Of a stretch of DNA of 64,000 bases, positions 9,464-19,200 are shown piece after piece. The stretch comes from Hyalangium minutum. Its GTDB lineage: Bacteria > Myxococcota > Myxococcia > Myxococcales > Myxococcaceae. Numbering within the stretch: position 1 is the stretch's first letter; each line of letters starts with the position of its first letter. The notes beneath the pieces are model-generated. The model worked only from the letters and a program-made list of their open reading frames with translations, was not told the origin of the DNA and did not search any database. Where the stretch lies: contig NZ_JMCB01000016.1 in NCBI RefSeq assembly GCF_000737315.1, forward strand, positions 1 through 64,000, written 5' to 3'. The position numbers and the translations under genes are program-made.

Positions 9464-10929
9464 GGGTGCTCCCGCCGCAGCAGGATGCAGTCCTCGTTCT
9501 CGGGCTCCAGCACCTTCGCCCAGCCGCCCTCCCGCTGCAGCGCATCCGGCAGCACGCTGCCCGGGCCCGTCCGGTTCCACAGCACGTAGTCCGGCGAGTA
9601 CCGCGCCAGCGCCTCGCGCCAGCCGGGCAGCCCGTAGACGAACTTGTCGTAGTCGTCGTGGATCTCCTGGGGGAAGGGATCGTTCCGGCTGTCGATGAAG
9701 ACTTTGTACTCGGGGCCGGCGAAGTAGGAGATCGCCCCGCCCATGATGAAGCGGTTGAGCACCTTGCCCGGGGGCAGCGTCTTCAGCGTGTCGAAGCAGG
9801 CCAGCGGGAAGCGGCCGGGGTAGAGGCGCTCGCGCACGGTGGCGGGGTGCAGCGCGGCGGAGACCGCGAAGGCCGCGAGCACCACGAAGGGCCAGAAGGC
9901 GCCGTCCGCCCGCTGGAGCCATGCCGAGGCCCAGCCGTTCAGCCGGTTCCAGGCGCCGCGGACGGCCTCGGGGAGCGCGGAGGGGGCCATGCGCGCGTGG
10001 TGCTCCGCGATGAAGACAGCCAGGAGCAGGGCGGCAAACGGCGCGTGCCGCTGTGCGCCCAGGGAGGCCACCGTGAGCCCCAGGGTCGGCAGCAGGATGG
10101 CCCACGTGCGGGGCCGGGCGCCGCCACAGACGAAGACGGCCAGGAAGGCGAGGGCCAGGTAGTACCGCGCGAAGATCAGCGTCAGGTCCAGCGGCTGCCA
10201 CTCCTCCAGTGTCAGCGTGGAGGCCAGGCGCGAGTGCAGGATGGGATAGAGGTAGATGCTGGGCCCGCTGGGAGACAGCGCCGAGGCGAGGTAGGCGAGC
10301 ACCGCAGCCCCCATGGCCTGGGCACAGCGGCGTCGGTGCGCGGCGTCTCCGCCATCGAGCCAGGCGCCCACGGCGGTAGAGCCCAGCAAGGCCGGGCCGA
10401 GGATCCAACTGCCGTGCAGGTTGGCCCACAGCGCGCACAGCGGGACGAGCAGCCACGGTGCGAGCTGGCTCCCCCGGCGCCAGGCCAGCGTCAGCAGCAC
10501 TGCGAGGGCGAAGAGCACATGGCCCAGGTGGTAGGGCCGCTCCTGGTACCAGGTGAAGGCCTGCGACACGAGCGTGAGGCAGAGCACCGCCAGCTCGATG
10601 AGCCCGGGGGAGGGTGAGGCCGTGCGGATGGCGCGCCAGGCCAGCAGCACGAAGGTGGCGATGAGGGTGGAGATGAGCAACTCGGGGCCCGCCGCGCCGA
10701 ACACACGGAGGGAGAGCTCCGCGAGGATGCCGAAGCCCCACTCATGGGGAACCCAGCCCGCGGTGCCGGTGACGCTGAAGGGATCCTGGCGGGTGAAGCC
10801 ATGCGCGAGCAGCCACCGGCCCCCGGCGAGGTGGAAGAAGAGGTCATAGTTCTTCAGGGGCGACAGAGCGATGGGCAGCGTCACCAGGAACGCCAGCACC
10901 GCCGCCGGGCCGGGGAGGAGTCTTCTCAC
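9460..10929 (-). CDS. Multi-pass membrane protein, probable GT-C fold glycosyltransferase
   Basis: YDLFFHLAGG, HEWGF, WANLHGSW, IDSRNDPF; about 11 hydrophobic segments plus a C-terminal soluble domain. Confidence 0.7.
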   Translation of the reverse strand: MRRLLPGPAAVLAFLVTLPIALSPLKNYDLFFHLAGGRWLLAHGFTRQDPFSVTGTAGWVPHEWGFGILAELSLRVFGAAGPELLISTLIATFVLLAWRAIRTASPSPGLIELAVLCLTLVSQAFTWYQERPYHLGHVLFALAVLLTLAWRRGSQLAPWLLVPLCALWANLHGSWILGPALLGSTAVGAWLDGGDAAHRRRCAQAMGAAVLAYLASALSPSGPSIYLYPILHSRLASTLTLEEWQPLDLTLIFARYYLALAFLAVFVCGGARPRTWAILLPTLGLTVASLGAQRHAPFAALLLAVFIAEHHARMAPSALPEAVRGAWNRLNGWASAWLQRADGAFWPFVVLAAFAVSAALHPATVRERLYPGRFPLACFDTLKTLPPGKVLNRFIMGGAISYFAGPEYKVFIDSRNDPFPQEIHDDYDKFVYGLPGWREALARYSPDYVLWNRTGPGSVLPDALQREGGWAKVLEPENEDCILLRREHP

Positions 10930-11040
10930 GAGTCAGCACTCTAACCGGGGTTGGCGCGAGGGCCGCTTGCATCTCCACGCTCATGCCTGTGGAGTGCCCC
11001 CCGGCGAGCCCGGGCTGGACTGGGACGCCCCGAGGGCCCC

Positions 11041-11994
11041 ATGGCGCCGCAGAAGATCACCGTCCCCCGAGAGGCCGCTGGAGAGCGGCTCGACAAGCAC
11101 CTGTCGAAGCATGTGCCCGGCCTCTCGCTGGAGCGCGCCCGCACGCTGATTGCCCAGGGCCACGTGCGCATCCGCGGCAAGAAGTGCCAGCCCACCCGCA
11201 AGCTCTGGGGCGGAGAGGAAATCGAGCTGGAGCGGCCCCCGCCCCGCCGTCCGAACGCGAGGCGCTCCGTGGAGGGGCCCGAGCTGCCCGTGCTCCACGA
11301 CGATGCGGACCTCGTCATCATCAACAAGCCCCCGGGCGTGGTGGTGGAGCCAGGGGGCCCCGAGGCCTCGGTGGTGGAGCTGCTCGCGGCCCGGCTGTCT
11401 CCCTTTGACGTGGAGGGCCTCGCGCGGCCCGGCGTCGTGCACCGGCTGGACCGGGAGACGAGCGGCTGCCTTGCGCTCGCGCGCACCGACGAGGCCATGG
11501 CCGCGATCGACCGCGCCTTCCAGGAGAAGCGCGTGGACAAGCGCTACTGGACGCTCGTGCTCGGCGAGGCCCCCGAGCAGGGCCGGTTGGAGGGCCCCTA
11601 CGGCCGCGATCCCAAGGACCCGCGCAAGTACACCACCCGCGTCTCCTCCGCCCGCCGCGCGTCGCTGTCCTTCGAGGTGCGCGAGCGGCTCCGAGGCGCC
11701 ACGCTGCTCGAGGTGAAGCTCGAGACGGGCCGCACGCACCAGATCCGCGTCCAGCTCTCCGAGGCGGGACTCCCCGTGCTCGGGGACGCCATCTATGGCC
11801 CGGCGGAGGCCCGCTTGCACCCGGCGGCCCAGGCGCTGGGACGGCAGGCGCTGCACGCGCTCCAGCTCTCCCTGCCGCACCCCTCGACGGGAGCCCTGCT
11901 CCGTGTGGAGGCGCCGCTGCCCGAGGACTTCCAGCGCGCCCTGGCGCTGCTGCGGAGCCCCGGCGGGGAGGGCGGCTCAGGCCTGAGCGGGTGA
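11041..11994 (+). CDS. RluA/RluD-family pseudouridine synthase
   Basis: S4 domain (RLDKHL), NKPPG, catalytic VHRLDRETSG, TGRTHQIRV. Confidence 0.92.
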   Translation: MAPQKITVPREAAGERLDKHLSKHVPGLSLERARTLIAQGHVRIRGKKCQPTRKLWGGEEIELERPPPRRPNARRSVEGPELPVLHDDADLVIINKPPGVVVEPGGPEASVVELLAARLSPFDVEGLARPGVVHRLDRETSGCLALARTDEAMAAIDRAFQEKRVDKRYWTLVLGEAPEQGRLEGPYGRDPKDPRKYTTRVSSARRASLSFEVRERLRGATLLEVKLETGRTHQIRVQLSEAGLPVLGDAIYGPAEARLHPAAQALGRQALHALQLSLPHPSTGALLRVEAPLPEDFQRALALLRSPGGEGGSGLSG

Positions 11995-13608
11995 GCCCTG
12001 GTGGGGCAGGGCGAAGCGGAAGATCGTGCCCTGGCCCAGCGCGCTCTCCACCGAGATCGTGCCTCCGTGGGCATCGACGATGGCCTTGACGATGGAGAGC
12101 CCCAGTCCCACGCCGTTGCGGCGGGCGGGCTCCACCTGAAAGAAGCGGTGGAAGAGGCGGGGCAGGTGCTCGGAGGAGATGCCCGGACCGGTGTCCCGGA
12201 CGCTGAACACCACGCCCGCCGGGTGCGAGTCCACCGAGAGGATGATCTGCCCGCCCGCAGGGGTGAACTTGATGGCGTTGCCCACCAGGTTCGAGAAGAC
12301 CTGCATCATGCGCTCGCGATCGCATCGCACGCGTGCTTCCTGGCCTGCGGGCTCCAGGTGCAACCGGAGCGCCTTCTCCGAGGCCAGCACCGCGTGGCTG
12401 TCGAGCACCTCCTGCAGCAGCTCCTTCGCCCCGTGATGTTCCTGCCGCAGCACCAGCGTGCCCGCCTGGAACCGCGCCAGATCCAGCAGATCCTGGATGA
12501 GATGGTTCATCCGCTCGGCCGAGCGATCGATGGAGTTCAGCCGGGACTCGAGCAGGGGAGGCACCGCGATGGGCAGGGTCCGGCGGATGATCTCGGTGGA
12601 CGTGGTGACCGCGGCGAGCGGGTTGCGTAAGTCATGCGCCACGATGGCCAAGAGCTCCTCTCGCGAGCGGGCCAGCGCCTTCGCCTCGGCGTACAGGCGC
12701 GCCCGGTCCAGCGCCTGCCCACACTGGTGCGCCAGCCCCATCATGAAGGCCCGGTCGTGCGCATCGAACGCGTGGAACTGGCGGAACGAGATCGCCAGAC
12801 AGCCCCGCAGCCCCGTGCTCGTGGAGAACGGCAGCGCCACGCGCGAGCCTCCCACCGTGTTCACTTTGGCCACCATGGGGAAGGCGGCCTCCATCTCGGC
12901 CGTCTCGAGGTAGATCGGCTCGTTGCGGACAATCGACAGGCACATGGGCGTCTGCGCGGAGCTCGGCTGCCGGCGGAAGTTCTTGATGGAGAACTCGGGG
13001 TAGCCCCGGGTATTCACCATCTCCACCGTCTGTCCATCCTCGCTCCGCAGCGCCACACCGCCCGCCTGGGCCTGCAGCGCGTCCAGCCCCTGGTGGAGGA
13101 TGACCGCCGTCACCTCCTCGGGCGTCACCGCGTAACACAGCGCGGCGGTGACCTGCTGGAGCCGCAGCAGGCGGGTATGGCTGGCCATCAGCGTCTGGCG
13201 CGCGCGCAGCAGCGCCTTCACCCAGGCCAGCAGCTCCTCCGCTTCATAGGGCTGAGCGAGGTACCCATCCGCCCCCGCCTCGAGCCCCGTGGTGCGCGCC
13301 AGCACATCCACGTCATTGGCCGAGGTCTGCAGGATGGTGATGGAGCTCGTCTGCGGATCCTCCTTGAGCCTCGCGCACACCGCGTGGCCGCTCAGGTCCG
13401 GCAGCCGCACATCCAGCAGAATGAGGTCCGGCGCCTGGCGGGCCTTCTCGAGCGCTTGCGCGCCCGTCATCGCCTCGAGCACCTCATACCCCGCGCGCTG
13501 CAGCGTGAGCGTGGTGAGATAGAGCGACGCCGGGTTGTCGTTCACGTTGAGGATGCGCGCGCGTTCGTGAGACACGGCCGTATTCTCCCCAAGGGGCATG
13601 AGCCGCAC
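11977..13608 (-). CDS. Hybrid response regulator/GAF/histidine kinase
   Basis: N-terminal receiver LILLDVRLPD, GAF, H-box AHDLRNP, NAIKFT, DTGPGI, GVGLGL. Confidence 0.9.
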   Translation of the reverse strand: MRLMPLGENTAVSHERARILNVNDNPASLYLTTLTLQRAGYEVLEAMTGAQALEKARQAPDLILLDVRLPDLSGHAVCARLKEDPQTSSITILQTSANDVDVLARTTGLEAGADGYLAQPYEAEELLAWVKALLRARQTLMASHTRLLRLQQVTAALCYAVTPEEVTAVILHQGLDALQAQAGGVALRSEDGQTVEMVNTRGYPEFSIKNFRRQPSSAQTPMCLSIVRNEPIYLETAEMEAAFPMVAKVNTVGGSRVALPFSTSTGLRGCLAISFRQFHAFDAHDRAFMMGLAHQCGQALDRARLYAEAKALARSREELLAIVAHDLRNPLAAVTTSTEIIRRTLPIAVPPLLESRLNSIDRSAERMNHLIQDLLDLARFQAGTLVLRQEHHGAKELLQEVLDSHAVLASEKALRLHLEPAGQEARVRCDRERMMQVFSNLVGNAIKFTPAGGQIILSVDSHPAGVVFSVRDTGPGISSEHLPRLFHRFFQVEPARRNGVGLGLSIVKAIVDAHGGTISVESALGQGTIFRFALPHQGSPAQA

Positions 13609-13752
13609 TGCCGAGCCCTCACCGCAACACGGTGAACAGCGTCAACTAGGCCACGAACCGGTATTCCTTACACCCTCTGGGGGGCCGCCTGCTCCCCCAG
13701 CGCTGGAGCGGAGAGCGGTGGGAGGGGAACATTTCATTGGAGTAACAAGGGC

Positions 13753-14709
13753 TCAGGGCTGGCGGCGGCCGTGCTCGTGGGGCTTGAGCAGTCCGTAGAA
13801 GGTACTCATGACCGGTGTAGGAGTGCCCGCCGCGCGGCCTCGGCGCACCACCGAGCCCATCAGCGCCTCCACCTCGATGGGCTTGCCCTGCTCCAGATCC
13901 ACGAGCAGCGAGGACTTCACCTCGGGGTTCACCGCATCCACGGTCCGCTCCAGCGCGTCCATGCGGGTGGTGATGGCCACGCCCTCGGCGGTGGCGACAC
14001 GGGCCACCTCGGCCGCGCCCGCCAGGTACATCTCCCGCGAGGCCGGCACGGACCACAGCCGGCCGAGCGGCAGGCGGGAGCAGCCGGTGATGCCCGCGAA
14101 CGGCGCCAGGAAGATGAGCTTGTCCCAGAGCGTGACGCGCGCGTCGGGCACGGCCTCCACCTGGATTCCAGCCCCCGCGAGCGCCTCCTTCAGGGCGGAG
14201 ACGCGCGGCGAGAGGCGGGAGGTGTCCCCGAAGAACTCTCCCAAGGTGATGCGCTGATGGGTGCCCGTCTGGGTGATGACGCCCGGAGCCGTCACCGCTG
14301 TGGAGATGTAGGCCGAGCCGCCCAGCACCGCCCGCTCGCCCACCACGGCGGCAAGCTCGCCCGGGCTGTCCACGCCGTTCTGCAGGGGGAGCACGGCGGG
14401 CAGGCCCTCGGGGGATTGGGCGGACGCAGCCTGGGAGAGCAGCGTCTTCACCATGGGCAGCGCGGTGACGTTGTCGTACGTCTTCACGGCCAGCATCACC
14501 ACGTCCACGAGACCCACGCGCGTGGCCTCGGACTCGGCGCGGACGCGGACGGTGATGTCTCCGGCGGGGCCGCGGAGCTCCAGCCCCTTCTGGCGGAGGG
14601 CCTCCAGGTGCGCGCCTCGGGCGAGGAACGTCACCTCATGTCCCGCTTGGACGAGCCGTGCACCGAAGTAGCCGCCGACTGCTCCCGAGCCCACGATGGC
14701 AAAGCGCAT
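13753..14709 (-). CDS. panE: 2-dehydropantoate 2-reductase (ketopantoate reductase family)
   Basis: GSGAVGG Rossmann motif, AVKTYD, LQNG, WDKL, SSLLVD...EVE. Confidence 0.85.
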   Translation of the reverse strand: MRFAIVGSGAVGGYFGARLVQAGHEVTFLARGAHLEALRQKGLELRGPAGDITVRVRAESEATRVGLVDVVMLAVKTYDNVTALPMVKTLLSQAASAQSPEGLPAVLPLQNGVDSPGELAAVVGERAVLGGSAYISTAVTAPGVITQTGTHQRITLGEFFGDTSRLSPRVSALKEALAGAGIQVEAVPDARVTLWDKLIFLAPFAGITGCSRLPLGRLWSVPASREMYLAGAAEVARVATAEGVAITTRMDALERTVDAVNPEVKSSLLVDLEQGKPIEVEALMGSVVRRGRAAGTPTPVMSTFYGLLKPHEHGRRQP

Positions 14710-14735
14710 GGCCAGGCGAGGTACATTGCCCGCCC

Positions 14736-15428
14736 ATGAATGTCGAGCATGGCGCGGACCCAGGGCCCCGGTGGTTGTACTTGCATGGCTTCGCCTCGGG
14801 GCCGGAGTCCTCCAAGGGGGTGAAGCTGTCGGCCCACTACGCGCGGCAGGGCATTCACCTGGAGCGGCTGAACCTGCGCCAGCCCTCGCTGGAGCGCCTG
14901 CGCCTGCGCGCGATGATGCGCACCGTGCGCGAGGCCATGGGCGGCGAGCAGGATCGCTCCATCCTCTTCGGATCGAGCATGGGCGGGCTGACGGCGTGCC
15001 GGGTGGCGGAGGAGGACGCGCGGGTGTGCGCGCTGGTGCTGCTGGCCCCGGCGCTCCAGGCCATGGTGCAGCTGCGCCGCCGCGTCGGCGAGGAGGGCCT
15101 GAAGCGGTGGGAGCAGTCCGGCTGGCTGGAGATCCGGGACTACGCCGAGAAGCGGCAGACGCGCATCGACTTCGGCTACGTGCCGGACCTGGAGGCCATC
15201 GAAGCGCGCTCGGGCGGTTGGCCCAATGTGCGGGTGCCCACGCTGCTCATCCACGGCCGCCAGGACGACATCTGCGACATCGAGTTTTCGCGGCAGTGGG
15301 CGCGGGGCAAGCGCCACGTCCGGCTCGTCGAGGTGGACGATGGCCACGAGCTGGGGGCCTCGCTGGGCCTCATTGCCGCCGAGGCCGATGCCTTCCTGCG
15401 GCCCTTCCTGGGGCCAGCGGGGAAGTAA
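14736..15428 (+). CDS. YqiA/YcfP-like alpha/beta hydrolase
   Basis: YLHGFAS oxyanion motif, nucleophile GSSMGG, HGRQDD, DDGHEL. Confidence 0.85.
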   Translation: MNVEHGADPGPRWLYLHGFASGPESSKGVKLSAHYARQGIHLERLNLRQPSLERLRLRAMMRTVREAMGGEQDRSILFGSSMGGLTACRVAEEDARVCALVLLAPALQAMVQLRRRVGEEGLKRWEQSGWLEIRDYAEKRQTRIDFGYVPDLEAIEARSGGWPNVRVPTLLIHGRQDDICDIEFSRQWARGKRHVRLVEVDDGHELGASLGLIAAEADAFLRPFLGPAGK

Positions 15429-15434
15429 GCGCGA

Positions 15435-15737
15435 TTACAGCTTGGGGGAGAGCGGATCCACCTCGGCCAGCAGCTTGGTCATCCGGGCCTCGTCGATGCG
15501 GGAGACGATGCGCTGCTGCTCGTGCACGTCGCGCACCGTCTTGGCCAGGCTGAAGGTGGAGCCCACGGTGAAGAGCATCCCCATGCCGAGGAACGCCTTC
15601 ATCCAGCCATCCACCGGCAGGAACCACACGCCCATGGACGTGACGCCCACGGCGAGGACCCAGGAGAGCCACGTCTGAACGACCCAGGCGTTGCTGTGGG
15701 CGGACTGGATGGCTTGGGTGTGGGGCGTGCGGGACAT
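15435..15737 (-). CDS. YiaA/YiaB-like two-helix inner membrane protein
   Basis: Two TM helices, LAKTVRD, KLLAEVDPL; 100 aa. Confidence 0.75.
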   Translation of the reverse strand: MSRTPHTQAIQSAHSNAWVVQTWLSWVLAVGVTSMGVWFLPVDGWMKAFLGMGMLFTVGSTFSLAKTVRDVHEQQRIVSRIDEARMTKLLAEVDPLSPKL

Positions 15738-15810
15738 TGTTTTTCTCCGGGGTTCGGTTGCGTTGACGAGAGAGACAATGCCTCAGGCCTTCGAAAACTG
15801 CATGGAACGA

Positions 15811-15827
15811 ATCGATTGGGTTTCGAT
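15811..15827. promoter_or_regulatory. LysR-type T-N11-A operator (ATCGA-N7-TCGAT)
   Basis: Palindrome immediately upstream of the LysR gene, between divergent genes. Confidence 0.55.
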
Positions 15828-15839
15828 AACCTGGAGTGA

Positions 15840-16718
15840 ATGATTCAGCTCCAGCGGCTCGAAGGTTTCTACTGGGTGGCGCGGTGCGAAGGGTACGCAC
15901 GGGCGGCGCGCTCCTTCCCGTACCCCATCACCCAGCCCGGGGTTCACCAGCAGGTGAAGCGCCTGGAGGAGGAGCTCGGCGTGCGCCTCTTCGAGCGGGT
16001 GGGGAAGGATCGCGTCATCCTCACGCCCGAGGGCCGCACGCTCTACGACTACGTGGCGCCCTTCCTGGACGGGCTGCCTGCGGTGGCGCGCTCGCTGCGC
16101 TCGGGCGAGATGGGGGGCCGGCTGCGCATCCACGCCTCGGGACACATGCTGCGCTACCTGCTGCCCCCGTGGCTGCGGCGGCTGCAGAGCCAGCGGCCCG
16201 ACATCGAGGTGGAGCTCTTCGAGTCCAAGGTGCCCGCGGTGGCGGCGGTGCGCTCGGGCGAGGCGGACCTGCTGGTGGACCACCTGCCCGAGGTGCCGCC
16301 GGACTTCGAGGCGCGGCAGGTGGGGAAGACGCGCCCGTTCCTCGTGTTCCCCTCCAACCACCCGCTGGTGCGGAAGGGACCGGTGAACCCGAAGCAATTG
16401 GGGGACGAGCCCTTCATCACCTACAGCGCGGACCTTCAGCTGCGGGAGCTGCAGCTGTCCGCGCTCGCGCACCACGGGGTGACGCCCCGGCGGCTGCACG
16501 CGGCGGACTCGTCGGAGACCATTCTGGGCTTCGTGGCGGCGGGGCTGGGGTACTCGCTGCTGGCGTCGCTGCAGCCCAAGGGGCCTCGGGTGCCCGGCGT
16601 GGTGGCGCAGCCCGTCACCTCACCGGCCCGCGAGTTCCCCATCTACGCGGCCTGGCGCAAGAGCGCCCACGCCCACCCACTGCGGACGGTGCTGCTCTCG
16701 CTGGCCCCGGAGCTGTAG
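15840..16718 (+). CDS. LysR-family transcriptional regulator
   Basis: N-terminal HTH ITQPGVHQQVKRLEEELGVRLFER plus substrate-binding domain. Confidence 0.92.
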   Translation: MIQLQRLEGFYWVARCEGYARAARSFPYPITQPGVHQQVKRLEEELGVRLFERVGKDRVILTPEGRTLYDYVAPFLDGLPAVARSLRSGEMGGRLRIHASGHMLRYLLPPWLRRLQSQRPDIEVELFESKVPAVAAVRSGEADLLVDHLPEVPPDFEARQVGKTRPFLVFPSNHPLVRKGPVNPKQLGDEPFITYSADLQLRELQLSALAHHGVTPRRLHAADSSETILGFVAAGLGYSLLASLQPKGPRVPGVVAQPVTSPAREFPIYAAWRKSAHAHPLRTVLLSLAPEL

Positions 16719-16722
16719 GCCG

Positions 16723-17013
16723 TTAGCTGCGCTCGCGGTCCTTCACCACGGCCGGGAGCTGCTCCGGTGCGAACTTCTGCAGGGGCGTGGAGGGGATGCG
16801 GTCCAGCAGCCCGTGCACCTCCAGCTGGTGCTCCAGGTGGGTGACGCGGTCGCGCAGCGCCTGCAGCTGGCCCGCGCCGAGCTGGGCCTCGCGCAGGCGG
16901 ATGAAGGCTTCCACCAGCGGCTTGAGCGAGAAGCGGAGGGTCAGGCCCAGCAGCGGGATGCCGCACGTCATGCCCACCACCATGACGACGACGATGGCCT
17001 CGGTCGTTTCCAT
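16723..17013 (-). CDS. Small single-TM plus coiled-coil hypothetical protein
   Basis: METTEAIVVVMVVGMTCGIPLLG TM segment, then QLQALRDRVTHLEHQL coiled coil; host-like codon usage. Confidence 0.65.
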   Translation of the reverse strand: METTEAIVVVMVVGMTCGIPLLGLTLRFSLKPLVEAFIRLREAQLGAGQLQALRDRVTHLEHQLEVHGLLDRIPSTPLQKFAPEQLPAVVKDRERS

Positions 17014-17123
17014 GAATTGCGTCCTTTGTGGCCTGGCTCCGGAGCGCCAGGCCCTGGGAGTACGCAGCAATGCGGAAACCATTGCAAGAGGCCGCGGCGG
17101 GACAGGCACCTCGAAACGACGAG

Positions 17124-17159
17124 GGCCGGGGAGCCCTGGACTGCGGCTCCCCGGCCCGG
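17124..17159. terminator. GC-rich hairpin downstream of the protease operon
   Basis: gggccggggagcc...ggctccccggccc perfect stem. Confidence 0.5.
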
Positions 17160-17166
17160 GCCTTCA

Positions 17167-17811
17167 TCACGGCATGTCGGAAGGCGTCGCCTGGGCCAGC
17201 GGGACGAGCTGGGTGAGCAGCTCGCTCGCGAGCACCGCGCGGCCCGCCTGGAGCTTCAGCGAGGCGTCATCGGCCAGCGGCGTGAGGCGCAGGCCGTCCT
17301 CGTCGTGGTGGCCGAGGAAGCTCAGGTTGAGGGCGGGGATGCGCACCTCGAAGAAGTCCGAGCCGCGCAGGCTGCGGGCCTTCATGGTGGAGCGGCGCTG
17401 CTTGTCCATGGCGCGGATCTTCTGGGCGCCCCCCATGCGGGCCACCTCCCACCGGCCGTTCACCGACTGGAGCTCCACGGTGGTGCGGACCTGGCCCTCC
17501 ACCTCGACAGGGTAGACGGCGCGCTGCACGTCGGTGAGCAGGCGGCCCGGATCCTCGCCTCGGTACTGCTGGAGCGCGTCCAGGCGGATCATGAACACCG
17601 GGATGGCGTCGCCCAGCTTGCCAGCGCGGGCCTCCTCGGCGCTCTCGAAGCCCAGGGCGCGGTGGTTGTCCTTGGTGACGATGTCCGGCAGCTCCTGGAG
17701 GGCGCGGGCCGCCTTGGCGGCGCGGGCGTCCGAGGCTTGGGCGGCCTGAGCCTGGGCCGAGGTGGAGACGGAGAGAACAGCGAGCAGCGCGGTCAGCAGA
17801 AGGGTCTTCAT
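17167..17811 (-). CDS. Secreted hypothetical protein, partner of the upstream papain-fold protease
   Basis: Sec signal MKTLLLTALLAVLSVSTSAQA; 53 bp downstream of the protease gene on the same strand. Confidence 0.75.
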   Translation of the reverse strand: MKTLLLTALLAVLSVSTSAQAQAAQASDARAAKAARALQELPDIVTKDNHRALGFESAEEARAGKLGDAIPVFMIRLDALQQYRGEDPGRLLTDVQRAVYPVEVEGQVRTTVELQSVNGRWEVARMGGAQKIRAMDKQRRSTMKARSLRGSDFFEVRIPALNLSFLGHHDEDGLRLTPLADDASLKLQAGRAVLASELLTQLVPLAQATPSDMP

Positions 17812-17864
17812 GGCGGTGTGTCCTGAATCAAAAGGGTTGGAAGTTCAGAGGAAAGCGCGGCGGG

Positions 17865-19148
17865 TTACTTCGTCCAGATGGCCGAGATCCGGTCGCCCAG
17901 GCCGCTGAGCTGCGAGAGCCGGTAGCCCGCGTTGAGGCTGCCCACGGAGTTGTAGGTGGACTGATACGTGGCGCTCGTCATGTTGTAGTAGTGGATGAAG
18001 CCGGTGGACGTGGGGTGCCAGATGGCGGCGTAGCGGGTGCCGTTGGCCGTGGGGTACGCGCTGAAGCGCACCGGCCGCAGGCCCTGGCTGGCGTAGTCGT
18101 CGAACTTCGTGTTGTAGCTGGCCTGCGTCATGCCCCAGTACGTGGCGTAGCCGCTGTGCGCCTTCTTCACCCAGGTGGACGCGAACTTGATGCCGTTGTC
18201 CTCGTACACGGCCATGTCCACCTGCAGGTACCCGGCGTTCCACATCTCGCTCCACTTCGCGGACATCTGCGCCTCGGTCAGCCCGAAGTGCGTTTGGAAG
18301 GCGCCCTCGGTCGGCGTCCAGATGACGGTGAAGCGCGGGCCATTCGAGGTGGACAGCACGCTGATCTGCTCCGGGCGCCAGCCCGCCGCCTGGTACGTGG
18401 TGAAGTAGCTCTGGAACTGAGCCCCCGTCATGAGCGTGCGCACTGGGCGGCTGTCCACGTCCTGGAACGAGCCCGCCATGAGCGTGCTGCCGCTGGGCGA
18501 GTACGCCGTCAGCGTCACCGGCCACCGGTCGCGCCAGGCCCAGTAGTCGAAGCAGCCCTGGAAGCTGCCCGAGGGCAGATCATGGAAGTCGCGCCCGCAG
18601 GGAGGGTTGTTCTTGATGTTGTAGTAGTCCGTCCAGTGCTCGTGGTCGCTGCTGCTCACGTACTCGGAGTAGGTGATGTAGTACTCGTCGCCCACGTTCG
18701 GAGCCCACGGATCATTGACGTGCACGTAGTTGTTGGTGCTCGTGGCCAGGTAGCCCTTGGCCACCATCATGTGGCCGCCACCGCCCGTCCATCCCCAGGA
18801 GAAGGCCACGGGCCGGTTGGCGTTGATCTCGCTCACCAGCGAGGCCCAGCTCAGCGTGCCGGTGGTGTTGTAGCTGAAGCCGTACTTCTCGAACTCGGGC
18901 CAGCCGCCCTCCACGCAGGCCGAGGGCGTGGGGCTGTTGCAGCAGTCCGAGCGGCCCAAGCGCCGGTTGGCCTCGTCACACTGCGTGACGCGCGAGGCGC
19001 CCATGTAGTGCATGATCATCGACCCGCTCGCGGCCCAGCACCACATGCTCGTCTGCTGAGGCTCGAGCGGCACCGGCAGGCTGCCCGCGCTCGCGGCGGA
19101 CGCCGCGGTCATCAGGAAGGCCAGCGCGCTTCGCAAAAGGTTCTTCAT
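17865..19148 (-). CDS. Secreted papain-like cysteine protease (C70/C39-like) with C-terminal BTRD1 (polyglycine hydrolase-like) repeats
   Basis: Real start MKNLLRS at 19148; signal peptide; QQTSMWCWAAS (Cys), GGGHMMV (His), VNDPW; repeats GPRFTVIW, GIKFASTW, GTRYAAIW, RISAIW. Confidence 0.82.
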   Translation of the reverse strand: MKNLLRSALAFLMTAASAASAGSLPVPLEPQQTSMWCWAASGSMIMHYMGASRVTQCDEANRRLGRSDCCNSPTPSACVEGGWPEFEKYGFSYNTTGTLSWASLVSEINANRPVAFSWGWTGGGGHMMVAKGYLATSTNNYVHVNDPWAPNVGDEYYITYSEYVSSSDHEHWTDYYNIKNNPPCGRDFHDLPSGSFQGCFDYWAWRDRWPVTLTAYSPSGSTLMAGSFQDVDSRPVRTLMTGAQFQSYFTTYQAAGWRPEQISVLSTSNGPRFTVIWTPTEGAFQTHFGLTEAQMSAKWSEMWNAGYLQVDMAVYEDNGIKFASTWVKKAHSGYATYWGMTQASYNTKFDDYASQGLRPVRFSAYPTANGTRYAAIWHPTSTGFIHYYNMTSATYQSTYNSVGSLNAGYRLSQLSGLGDRISAIWTK

Positions 19149-19200
19149 GGCTTCGTTCTCCCGTGAGGTGTTCCGTGTCTCACTGGCAGAACGGCACCCC

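Noticed and set aside
8372-10741. 789-aa ORF
   Set aside because: Only the part from 9463 is coding; the rest is off-frame over the upstream gene.
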